In this document: one piece after another, positions 19,564 through 27,212 of the stretch | Layout of the letters: the number at the start of each line of letters is the position of its first letter | How positions within the stretch are numbered: position 1 is the first letter of the stretch | Assembly (NCBI GenBank): GCA_007693855.1 | Contig: RECU01000091.1 | Location: 1,955-65,954 of the forward strand | Reading direction: 5' to 3' | From: Gammaproteobacteria bacterium | GTDB taxonomy: Bacteria > Pseudomonadota > Gammaproteobacteria > Steroidobacterales > PWYM01 | DNA length: 64,000 nt | Translations under genes and position numbers: made by a program | Notes under the pieces: model-generated | Told to the model about the DNA's origin: nothing | The model's input: the letters and a program-made list of their open reading frames with translations, nothing else | Databases searched by the model: none

Positions 19564-20499
19564 CTACCGGCTTGCGTGCGCGCCCAGCAGCGTGACCAGC
19601 GACGGACCGTCCCAGCGGTCGAACCAGGTGGCGATCAGGCGCCGGGAAATGGACAGGGCCGGGGGCAGTCGGACCTCGCCCTCGGCGATCTCCGCTCGGC
19701 TGAACCATCGCGCATCGGCAAGCTCGCCGTCATTCAGGTGAATCGCCGTGCTTGCGGCCTCGGCGTGGAAACCCAACATCAGCGACGAGGGAAACGGCCA
19801 GGGCTGAGAACTGTGATAGCGCGGGTCACGGATCCGCACGTCGGTCTCCTCCTCGACCTCGCGGGCAACGGCATCCTCGAGGCTCTCACCCGGCTCGACG
19901 AAACCGGCGATGGTCGAGTAGCGGCCGGGTGGCCACTTGGCCTGGCGGCCGAGCAGGCAGCGGTCGCCGTCGCTGACCAGCACGATGATCGCCGGGTCCA
20001 CCCGCGGAAACAGCCGCCGCCCGTCGGGCGCAGCCAGGACATGCCCGCCGGCCGTCGCCGCCAGCGGCTCGCCGGTTTCGCTGCAGTAACGATGTCGGCT
20101 GCGCCAGCCGACCATGGCCTTGGCATAGGCGAGGATGGCGGCCTCGACCGGCGCCAGCCGTTGACCCACCTGCCAGAGGTCGACGAACTCGCCCTCCAGC
20201 GTGTCAGGGCTCTGCGGGAGTGCGAGCGCAAACACTGCGCGCGTCTCGTGCAGCCCCAGGAAGACTGCGTCCTCGACGTCGATGTCGGCGTCCAGAGCGG
20301 CGAGTTGGGTCCGTGTCAGAAAGCGCGCACGCGGGGCTTCGAGGCTGGCCACCAGGCAGCGCTCGGCGTGGACCGGCACGAACAGCGTGTCCTCCGCTGC
20401 CAGCGCTGCCGTCAGCCAGGCGGGATCCTGGCGCAGCCGGCTGGCACGGTCGAGCCAGGGCCCCGCGAAGTGGTTGGCGACTTCGGCGCCGTAACCCAT
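19564..20499 (-). CDS. nudC: NudC-like Nudix hydrolase (NADH pyrophosphatase family)
   Basis: Within ORF 19564..20586. ATG at 20499 lies 1 nt after the rraA stop. Nudix box GFVEPGESLEDAVAREVEEETDV and the NudC-specific SQPWPFPSS. Confidence 0.8.
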   Translation of the reverse strand: MGYGAEVANHFAGPWLDRASRLRQDPAWLTAALAAEDTLFVPVHAERCLVASLEAPRARFLTRTQLAALDADIDVEDAVFLGLHETRAVFALALPQSPDTLEGEFVDLWQVGQRLAPVEAAILAYAKAMVGWRSRHRYCSETGEPLAATAGGHVLAAPDGRRLFPRVDPAIIVLVSDGDRCLLGRQAKWPPGRYSTIAGFVEPGESLEDAVAREVEEETDVRIRDPRYHSSQPWPFPSSLMLGFHAEAASTAIHLNDGELADARWFSRAEIAEGEVRLPPALSISRRLIATWFDRWDGPSLVTLLGAHASR

Positions 20500-20500
20500 G

Positions 20501-21001
20501 TCAGTCGACGAGCCGGCGGTCGCAGAGCACCACGCCATCGTCATCGGCGTACAGCCAGTGGCCAGGCACGAAGCTTGCGCCGGCAAAGCGCAGCGGCACG
20601 TCTACCTGCCCCTGGTTCTGTTTGCGGCTCTTGGCGGGATTGGTGGCCAGGGCCAGCACCCCGATCGGCATCTGCGCGAGCACCGCACTGTCGCGTACGC
20701 AGCCATGGACGAGCAGGCCCGCCCAGTGGTTGTCGATCGCCAGCTGGCCCAGCTGATCTCCGACCAGTGCGACGCGTAGCGAGCCGACGCCGTCGACGAC
20801 CAGCACATGCCCATCACCCGGCGTCTCCAGCGTGGCGCGCACCTGGGTATTGTCCTCCAGGGTCGAGACCGTACGGATCGGCCCGCAGAACCGGCGCTGT
20901 CCGCCGAAGTGGCGGAACAGAGGGTCAGGGACCTCGAGCTCGTCGCCGAATTCGTCGTAGAGGTCTGCGGTGGCGAAATGGGGGGGGGCGGCGGCGCTCA
21001 T
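20501..21001 (-). CDS. rraA: RraA family protein (RNase E regulator / HMG aldolase fold)
   Basis: Within ORF 20501..21187. ATG at 21001 gives MSAAAPPHFATADLYDEFGDELEV...VLVVDG...GDQLG...NGWAG-like HWAGLLVHGCVRD. Confidence 0.85.
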   Translation of the reverse strand: MSAAAPPHFATADLYDEFGDELEVPDPLFRHFGGQRRFCGPIRTVSTLEDNTQVRATLETPGDGHVLVVDGVGSLRVALVGDQLGQLAIDNHWAGLLVHGCVRDSAVLAQMPIGVLALATNPAKSRKQNQGQVDVPLRFAGASFVPGHWLYADDDGVVLCDRRLVD

Positions 21002-21093
21002 GGCGGCTCCTCTATGGGGCACAGGTGAAGCGCCACAGTATGGCAAAAAATGCTGCAGTTTGATGGCTGTCGCCAGGCCCCCAAGGGGCAAGG

Positions 21094-21708
21094 TCAGCCG
21101 AAGCCTGCCCCGAGGTGCTCGCCGGCGATCTCGTGATCTTGGGGTTTTCGGCAGGGGCCTGTTGGCGTCACCAGGCAGCTTGGGCACTGTTGCGGCTCGA
21201 TGCTGAGCAGATCTCGCACATAGTGCGCATCGCAGTGCTCACAGACCTCCAGGGCCAGTTCGTCTCCCGCCTGCAGGCTGCCCAGCAGCGCCCAGGCCCA
21301 CTCGATCGTCAACAGTGCGCCATCCTTGCCGCCGTGCAGGACCAGATAACGCTCATAGGCCAGGCAGAGCCGATCACCCGTGTCGAGCTGGCAGTCACCG
21401 CATACCGCACGGGTCTCCGGATCAAACAGGCCACCGGCCACGAAGGCGGCCGCCAGCGACGCCGCATGACGCCGATGGCGCGGCGTCTTCAGGAACATCG
21501 AGACCTGGGAGGGCGTGCGGCCGCGGCGCCGGCGCACGGCATTGCCAGGCTGGTGCTTGAAGTAGCTGCCGTAGAGGCGGCGGATACGGTCGTCGGACAG
21601 GCCGGTGAGCTGACGGATGGTGCCCGTACGCGCCTCATGAGCGATCAGGCGCAGCGCCAGATCATGTCGTGCCTGTTCGCTACGGTAGCGGTCATCGGTA
21701 CTGCGCAT
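21094..21708 (-). CDS. FlhC-like transcriptional activator subunit
   Basis: 204 aa. Colinear with E. coli FlhC (from memory): ARxxxIxxLTGLSxxRIRRLY, HAS, AYERYL, LLTIEWAWAL and a CxxC-x17-CxxC zinc site (CEHC...CPSC). Confidence 0.7.
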   Translation of the reverse strand: MRSTDDRYRSEQARHDLALRLIAHEARTGTIRQLTGLSDDRIRRLYGSYFKHQPGNAVRRRRGRTPSQVSMFLKTPRHRRHAASLAAAFVAGGLFDPETRAVCGDCQLDTGDRLCLAYERYLVLHGGKDGALLTIEWAWALLGSLQAGDELALEVCEHCDAHYVRDLLSIEPQQCPSCLVTPTGPCRKPQDHEIAGEHLGAGFG

Positions 21709-21841
21709 GGGCCCTCCCCGCTCGCGCGTCTACTTATAGCCAAAAAGCATAGATACTCTACTAGACCCTCCTGGTGAAAAAAAATAAACATATTTGCCGG
21801 TTAAGGTCAAAAAAACGACCGCTATGCGGACAGGAGGCGCT

Positions 21842-22432
21842 ATGCACGGGACCCTGTCGGACCCCTCCCCGATGGTCCAGCTCGCCGAGCTGAATCGGCT
21901 TTTTCTCCGAATCATCGGTCCCCTGGTGCAGTCCGGGGCTGCCCAGCCGGCGTTTCACCGGATTGGCCTGGAGGGCGCCCCCTACCGTGCCCTGCGGGCC
22001 TTGGGGCCCCAGGCACGGGAGCAACTGGCGAGCACCCCGGTGGCGCTGTTCCGGCTGCACCTGGCGCCCGGTGGCGTCGGCGATCGGGTGGCCGCGGATG
22101 CCTGGCTGGCAGTCGAGAGTCAGGATGCCCGGTTGGCCTTCACGGTCAGTGCGTTGCTGACCGCCTGGCACATGCTGCGCAGTGCGCCGGACTGGGCGCG
22201 TCTGGGCTTCGGGCTCACACCACGGGAGCTGGTCTGGCTGGCCGAACTGCCGCTGTCCGAGCTGCCGGCGCTGGCGGTCCCTGCGGCCGAAGCGCTGCGG
22301 CTGCGCTTCCTCCGCCGCGGCCTGTTCTGGGATCGGCTTGCGGACTGCGCCGCCGCCGGTGAGGATCGGGAGAGCCTGCGGCTGACGCTGTACACGGCCG
22401 TGTACCTTGCGAGTGCCGAACAGCATGTCTGA
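21842..22432 (+). CDS. protein with two tandem FlhD-like repeats (hypothetical)
   Basis: In ORF 21794..22432. AGGAGG sits 5 nt before the ATG at 21842. Two internal segments (FHRIGLEGAPYRALRALGPQAREQLASTPVALFRLHL and WARLGFGLTPRELVWLAELPLSELPALAVPAAEALRLRF) resemble the FlhD core [37 protein letters not shown]. Confidence 0.55.
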   Translation: MHGTLSDPSPMVQLAELNRLFLRIIGPLVQSGAAQPAFHRIGLEGAPYRALRALGPQAREQLASTPVALFRLHLAPGGVGDRVAADAWLAVESQDARLAFTVSALLTAWHMLRSAPDWARLGFGLTPRELVWLAELPLSELPALAVPAAEALRLRFLRRGLFWDRLADCAAAGEDRESLRLTLYTAVYLASAEQHV

Positions 22433-22539
22433 GGGCTGCGGCGTTACAATGGCAGATTGGTTGTGCGCTGGCGCCCGCCCGCAACTCTCGGGGTGGACGG
22501 TCGCCGGTGCGGATTCGTTGAAGGACATTCCCGGCAGTC

Positions 22540-23472
22540 ATGGACGCATTGCGGCTCGAGCACCTGCGCAAGACCTACCCGAATGGCGTGCAGGCCCTGC
22601 GCGGTATAGATCTTGTGGTCGAGGAGGGGGATTTCTTCGCGCTGCTGGGTCCCAATGGCGCGGGCAAGACCACCACCATCGGGATCATCACGTCGCTGGT
22701 CAACAAGACCGCGGGCCGGGTAGTCGTCTTCGGGCACGACATGGACCGCCATCGCGAGGCTGCCAAAGCCTGCATCGGTGTGGTGCCGCAGGAGGTCAAT
22801 CTGGCGATGTTCGAGAAGCTCATCGACATCGTCATCAACCAGGCGGGGTATTACGGTGTCCGCCCACGGCTTGCCCGCCAGCGGGCCGAGAAATATCTCA
22901 AGGCCCTGCACCTGTGGGACCGCCGCCACGACATCGCCCGCAATCTCTCCGGTGGCATGAAGCGCCGGCTGATGATCGCGCGGGCATTGATGCACGAGCC
23001 GCGCCTGCTGATCCTCGATGAGCCCACCGCTGGTGTGGATATCGAGATCCGCCGTTCCATGTGGGCGTTCATGCGGGCGATCAACGACGCCGGCGTGACC
23101 ATCATCCTCACCACGCATTATCTCGAGGAGGCCGAGAGCCTCTGTCGTCACGTGGCCATCATCGATCGCGGCACCATCGTGGAGAACGATCGCATGTCGC
23201 GGGTGCTGCGCAAGCTGCAGTACGAGACCTTCGTGCTCTCGCTCGAGCAGACGGTCGAGGCCGCGCCGGTGCTCGACGGTTATACGGTGCGGCTGCGCAA
23301 CGAGCATGAGATCGAGGTCGAGGTCTCGCGGGAGCAGAACGTCAATCGGCTGTTCGCCCTGCTGAGTGACCAGGGCATCGGCGTGCACAGCATGCGTAAC
23401 AAGGCGAATCGCCTGGAAGAGCTTTTCATGCGCCTGACCGAGCGCTCTGGCTCGCCGGAAGACCGCCCGTGA
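22540..23472 (+). CDS. ABC transporter ATP-binding protein (ABC-2/YadG-like)
   Basis: 310 aa. Walker A GPNGAGKTT, signature LSGGMKRR, Walker B LLILDEPT. Confidence 0.9.
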   Translation: MDALRLEHLRKTYPNGVQALRGIDLVVEEGDFFALLGPNGAGKTTTIGIITSLVNKTAGRVVVFGHDMDRHREAAKACIGVVPQEVNLAMFEKLIDIVINQAGYYGVRPRLARQRAEKYLKALHLWDRRHDIARNLSGGMKRRLMIARALMHEPRLLILDEPTAGVDIEIRRSMWAFMRAINDAGVTIILTTHYLEEAESLCRHVAIIDRGTIVENDRMSRVLRKLQYETFVLSLEQTVEAAPVLDGYTVRLRNEHEIEVEVSREQNVNRLFALLSDQGIGVHSMRNKANRLEELFMRLTERSGSPEDRP

Positions 23473-23579
23473 GTGTCGGCCGCGGAGATGTCGATCGCGA
23501 CGCCGCCCGGCCGGAGATCGACGTGGCGCGCGAAGCGGCGCGGGCCGACGACTTCGAACGCGTGTCAGGGCCGGCACCG

Positions 23580-24359
23580 ATGCAGGGCCTGCTGGCGGTC
23601 AACCTGGTCGGTCTGCGCACCATCATGCGTCGCGAGATCAGGCGCGTCACCCGTATCTGGGTGCAGACCATCGTGCCGCCGGCGATCACCATGACGCTGT
23701 ATTTCGTGATTTTCGGCAGCCTGATCGGCCGGCGTATCGGCGAGATGGACGGTCTGCCCTACATCACCTATATCGCCCCGGGCCTGATCATGATGGCCGT
23801 GATCACCAATTCGTTCTCGAACGTAGTCTCGTCATTCTTCAGCGCCAAGCTGCAGCTGTATCTCGAGGAGTTGCTGGTCTCGCCGCTGTCCACGGCAACC
23901 ATCGTGGTGGGCTACATGATTGGCGGTATCTTCCGCGGGCTGGCGGTCGGTCTGCTGGTGACGGTGGTCGCGCTGCTGTTCACCCGCATCAGCGTCGAGC
24001 ATCCCTTCATAACGCTGTCGGTGGTGGTGCTGGTGGCCGCGATTTTCTCGCTCGCGGGGCTGCTGAATGCCATTTTCGCCAAGACCTTCGATGACATCTC
24101 CATCGTGCCGACCTTCGTGCTCACGCCGCTGACCTATCTCGGGGGCGTATTCTTCTCGATCTCTCTGCTCGCACCTGCGTGGCAAGCCGCAGCGATGGTC
24201 AACCCGATCCTCTACATGGTCAATGCGTTTCGTTATGGCATGCTGGGCGTGTCGGACATCCCCATCGGGGTGGCCTACGCGCTGATTCTGTCGCTGCTGG
24301 TGATCCTGTTCGTGGCCAATATGTGGCTGTTGGCGAAGGGACGGGGAATTCGCAGCTGA
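23580..24359 (+). CDS. ABC-2 type transporter permease (YadH-like)
   Basis: In ORF 23469..24359. ATG at 23580 gives a 259-aa, six-TM protein (MQGLLAVNLVGLRTIMRREIRR...). The upstream 37 codons are charged and unlike a permease. Confidence 0.85.
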   Translation: MQGLLAVNLVGLRTIMRREIRRVTRIWVQTIVPPAITMTLYFVIFGSLIGRRIGEMDGLPYITYIAPGLIMMAVITNSFSNVVSSFFSAKLQLYLEELLVSPLSTATIVVGYMIGGIFRGLAVGLLVTVVALLFTRISVEHPFITLSVVVLVAAIFSLAGLLNAIFAKTFDDISIVPTFVLTPLTYLGGVFFSISLLAPAWQAAAMVNPILYMVNAFRYGMLGVSDIPIGVAYALILSLLVILFVANMWLLAKGRGIRS

Positions 24360-24389
24360 GTCACTGACATTTCGGGGTAAAGTATCGCG

Positions 24390-24776
24390 ATGACCAGCGA
24401 CCACGCCGCCGTTCGCGCCCTGATCGAGGCCTATGCCGACGCCGTGTTCCGGCGTGATGCCGAGGCGTGGCAGGCCAACTGGGCGGTAGATGCCCACTGG
24501 GATCTGATGGGCACGCTCATCGAAGGGCGCAAGGCCATCGTCGCCGCCTGGCAGCAGGCGATGGCCGGCTTTCCATTCGTCGGCTTCATGTGCCAGCCCG
24601 GGCCGATCGAGGTCGACGGTGACACCGCACGCGCGCGGGTCTGGGTGCGCGAGACCCTGATCGACACCGAGGGGCACCGGCGCGAGCTGTTCGGCCGTTA
24701 CGACGACGAGTATCGTCGCACCGCCGAGGGTTGGCGCATCGCCCGACGCAGCTACCGCATCATCCAGGCATTGTGA
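24390..24776 (+). CDS. SnoaL/NTF2-like domain protein
   Basis: 128 aa. AVRALIEAYADAVFRRDAEAW... pattern typical of the NTF2-like fold. Confidence 0.65.
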   Translation: MTSDHAAVRALIEAYADAVFRRDAEAWQANWAVDAHWDLMGTLIEGRKAIVAAWQQAMAGFPFVGFMCQPGPIEVDGDTARARVWVRETLIDTEGHRRELFGRYDDEYRRTAEGWRIARRSYRIIQAL

Positions 24777-24791
24777 AAGGGGAGATAGAGG

Positions 24792-25136
24792 ATGGCCATC
24801 ATCATCGCCGGCACCGTGGACGTGGCCCCTGAGGCGCGCGAGAACACCTTGCTCGAAGCCCGGCCGCTGATCGAGGCTGCGCGTGCCGAGCCGGGCTGCA
24901 TCGCCTACGCCTGGACGGCGGACCTCAGCGAACCCGGGCGGATTCATGTGTTCGAAGAGTGGGCCTCGGAGGCCGATCTCGCCTATCACTTCACCGCCGA
25001 GCCCTACCAGCAGATGCTCAGCCATCTGCACGGGGCGGGTATCGTCTCGGCGGTCACCCAGAAGTACCGCATCGACCACGCCGAACCGGTTTACGATCCG
25101 GAAGGTCGGCCGCGGGCGGATTTCTTCACCGCGTGA
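24792..25136 (+). CDS. antibiotic-biosynthesis-monooxygenase (ABM) domain protein
   Basis: 114 aa. EPGCIAYAWTADLSEPGRIHVFEEWASEADLAYH ferredoxin-like ABM pattern. Confidence 0.65.
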   Translation: MAIIIAGTVDVAPEARENTLLEARPLIEAARAEPGCIAYAWTADLSEPGRIHVFEEWASEADLAYHFTAEPYQQMLSHLHGAGIVSAVTQKYRIDHAEPVYDPEGRPRADFFTA

Positions 25137-26434
25137 TCCATGTGGGGGGTGTCGGTGCCCTCACCGGCCTCCCCGAAGTGCCATACCACGCGGGTGCCTC
25201 CCGGCGAGTCGCTTCGTAACATCAGCCGCCAGCCATAGCGCGTACACAACTGATGCACCAGCGCCAGGCCCAGACCGCTGCCGTCGCCGGTTGCGCTGCT
25301 GCCTCTGATGCCGCGCTCCATCACTCGGGGAAGCTCCTCCGCATTGATGCCGACACCGTCGTCCCTGACTTCGAGCCTATGGTCGTACACGGCGATGTCG
25401 ATTCTGCTGGCCCCGGCATGTTGCAGCGCGTTATGCAGTAGATTCTGCGAGATGGCTTCCACCACGATTGGCGGCGCCAATACGCTTGGCCGGGCGTGCA
25501 CCTCACACTGCACATGCCGCGTGGTCTCAGGGTCTGCCTTCCTGAGCTCATCGAGCATCGCCGCCACGACGTCGCTCACATCGACCTGTTCATCCGCTCG
25601 CCGGTCAGCAGGATCCCTCGCCAGCATCATGAGTACCGTCACGGTATCTGCGAGTCTACGGGTAGCCGACACAATCCGCGTTGCGGCGTCGCGGGTCTTC
25701 GTCGATGCGTTCCGATCGAGTTCGATCAGCTCCGCGGCGTTCTGGATGATCGTAATCGGCGTGCGCAGTTCATGGCTGACGTTGGCCGAGAACTCACGCT
25801 CCCGGGTCAATGCCTGATGCATCAGACGCGCATAACGATCAAGGGCGTGGCCCAGGGTGCCTACCTCGTCCGGCGCGAGCGCTGCGACTGGCGGCCGTGG
25901 CATATGCGGGCCGGTCGCATGTGTCGCCCACTGCGAGAGCTCCCGTAACGGCGCGAGAAGACGACGGGACATGTAGAATCCCAGCCACGCGGCGATCATG
26001 ATCGCCAGCAGGGTGCCTGCCCCCAGCGTGATGGCAATTAGATCCTCACGCTTGTCCAGTGCAGTGATGTCGGAAACCACCGCATAGCGTGCGCCCTCTC
26101 TGCTCTCGAGGGCGACCATCCAGGCACCCTGCTCCGTGTGGTGCTCATGGATGCCATCGGGCAGCATCAGGATATCGTCGGCCAGGCCGGAGGCATCTGT
26201 GCTCACGAGCACCTGTACGCCCGGAGGGATACCCCGGGTCTCGAGTTGATACGCATCAGGATTCCGGATGACAGCGTCGAGTCGATCGGCCGTCATGCGC
26301 ATCACGGCACGTTCCTCGAGCTGGTGCGTAACCCACAGCAGGCTGCCGGCGACCAGAGGGCCAAGCACCGCGCCGATGACGATGAACGACATCAGAATCC
26401 GGAAACGAAGGCTGTCGCGGAAACGGGTGATCAT
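25091..26434 (-). CDS. sensor histidine kinase (two TM helices, HAMP, HisKA, HATPase)
   Basis: 447 aa. H-box FSANVSHELRTPIT, N-box LLHNALQH, G-boxes DDGVGI and GSGLGLALV. 4-nt overlap with the regulator gene. Confidence 0.9.
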   Translation of the reverse strand: MITRFRDSLRFRILMSFIVIGAVLGPLVAGSLLWVTHQLEERAVMRMTADRLDAVIRNPDAYQLETRGIPPGVQVLVSTDASGLADDILMLPDGIHEHHTEQGAWMVALESREGARYAVVSDITALDKREDLIAITLGAGTLLAIMIAAWLGFYMSRRLLAPLRELSQWATHATGPHMPRPPVAALAPDEVGTLGHALDRYARLMHQALTREREFSANVSHELRTPITIIQNAAELIELDRNASTKTRDAATRIVSATRRLADTVTVLMMLARDPADRRADEQVDVSDVVAAMLDELRKADPETTRHVQCEVHARPSVLAPPIVVEAISQNLLHNALQHAGASRIDIAVYDHRLEVRDDGVGINAEELPRVMERGIRGSSATGDGSGLGLALVHQLCTRYGWRLMLRSDSPGGTRVVWHFGEAGEGTDTPHMDHAVKKSARGRPSGS

Positions 26435-27105
26435 TCGGGAGCGGCCAGACGATAGCCTATGCCATGAACGGTCTGCAGCAGCGGCACGCCGAAAGGCCGG
26501 TCGACCAGGCGCCGCAGAACATGAATGTGGTTTCGCAGCGCGTCGCTGCGTGGCGGCTGATCGCCCCAGAGCTCATGTTCGAGCCGGGCGCGCGTCACCA
26601 CTGCTGGTGACGCCCGCATCAGGATTTTCAGGAGCTCGAAGTCGAGCCTGGCCAGCAGGATGGGTTGTCCGGCGCGAGTGACGCGGACGCCGCGTTCGTC
26701 CAGCTCCAGGTCCTCCACGGCCAGGACTCTTCCGTCCAGTCCGCCGCGTGCCCTGCGATCCTGGGCGCGCAGCCGCGCCTCGAGCTCGCGCAAAGCGACC
26801 GGTTTGACCAGGTAATCATCCGCGCCGATCTCGAGGCCGCCAATCCGGTCATCGAGGTCGGCGCGACCGGTCAGCATGATGACTGGCGTCGAGCGTCCGG
26901 CGGAGCGCAGCTGCCGGCAGAGTTGCGTGCCATCCAGGCGTGGCAAACCAAGATCGAGCACGATGGCGTCGAAGTGGTCCGTCAGCGCCTGGCGCAACCC
27001 GCTCTTGCCATCCATCGCCACGTCTACCGTGTGCCCGCAGGCCTCCAGGTACTCGACCAGATTGATGGCGAGGTCGCGATTGTCTTCGATGATCAGGATC
27101 TGGAT
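26431..27105 (-). CDS. OmpR-family response regulator (non-canonical start codon)
   Basis: ORF 26431..27021 starts at a GTG inside the receiver domain. The same frame is open upstream to a TGA at 27121-27123 and encodes IQILIIEDNRDLAINLVEYLEACGHTVD (beta1 and the acidic pocket). The only upstream start candidates are ATC/CTG; the first ATC (27103-27105) lies 7 nt after GAGGG. C-terminal winged helix ...LLQTVHGIGYRL. Confidence 0.8.
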   Translation of the reverse strand: MQILIIEDNRDLAINLVEYLEACGHTVDVAMDGKSGLRQALTDHFDAIVLDLGLPRLDGTQLCRQLRSAGRSTPVIMLTGRADLDDRIGGLEIGADDYLVKPVALRELEARLRAQDRRARGGLDGRVLAVEDLELDERGVRVTRAGQPILLARLDFELLKILMRASPAVVTRARLEHELWGDQPPRSDALRNHIHVLRRLVDRPFGVPLLQTVHGIGYRLAAPE

Positions 27106-27136
27106 GGCTTCACCCTCGTTTCACGCAGTTTTCATG

Positions 27137-27158
27137 TTTACACGACATTTACGTGACA
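27137..27158 (-). promoter_or_regulatory. tandem 11-bp direct repeat, pho-box-like (candidate OmpR/PhoB-family binding site)
   Basis: Plus strand: TTTACACGACA|TTTACGTGACA, 9/11 identical. Minus strand reads TGTCACGTAAA TGTCGTGTAAA, i.e. TGTCA-type hexamers at 11-bp spacing pointing towards the regulator/kinase operon. Confidence 0.35.
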
Positions 27159-27212
27159 TGTCGACGGTAATACTCAGAGGTTGGTATTGGCTGCCCAAGA
27201 CGGTCGGAGATC

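Noticed and set aside
19540-21063. 507-aa + strand ORF opposite nudC/rraA
   Set aside because: It is a shadow ORF. The opposite strand carries the Nudix box and the RraA motifs.
21761-22528. 255-aa minus-strand ORF overlapping the FlhD-like gene
   Set aside because: The product is rich in Arg, Gln and Pro and has no SD sequence. The + strand frame has an AGGAGG-ATG start, a helical Leu/Ala-rich sequence and an internal repeat.
23469-23579. GTG-start extension of the ABC-2 permease (overlapping the ATPase stop)
   Set aside because: The extra 37 residues are highly charged (DVDRDAARPEIDVAREAARADD). The ATG at 23580 gives the 259-aa length expected of a YadH-like protein. The extension is kept as a possible alternative only.
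22444-25079. Long minus-strand ORFs (22444..23577, 23832..25079) opposite the ABC exporter and small enzymes
   Set aside because: They are antisense to genes with Walker/ABC signature motifs and a six-TM permease, and their products are low-complexity.
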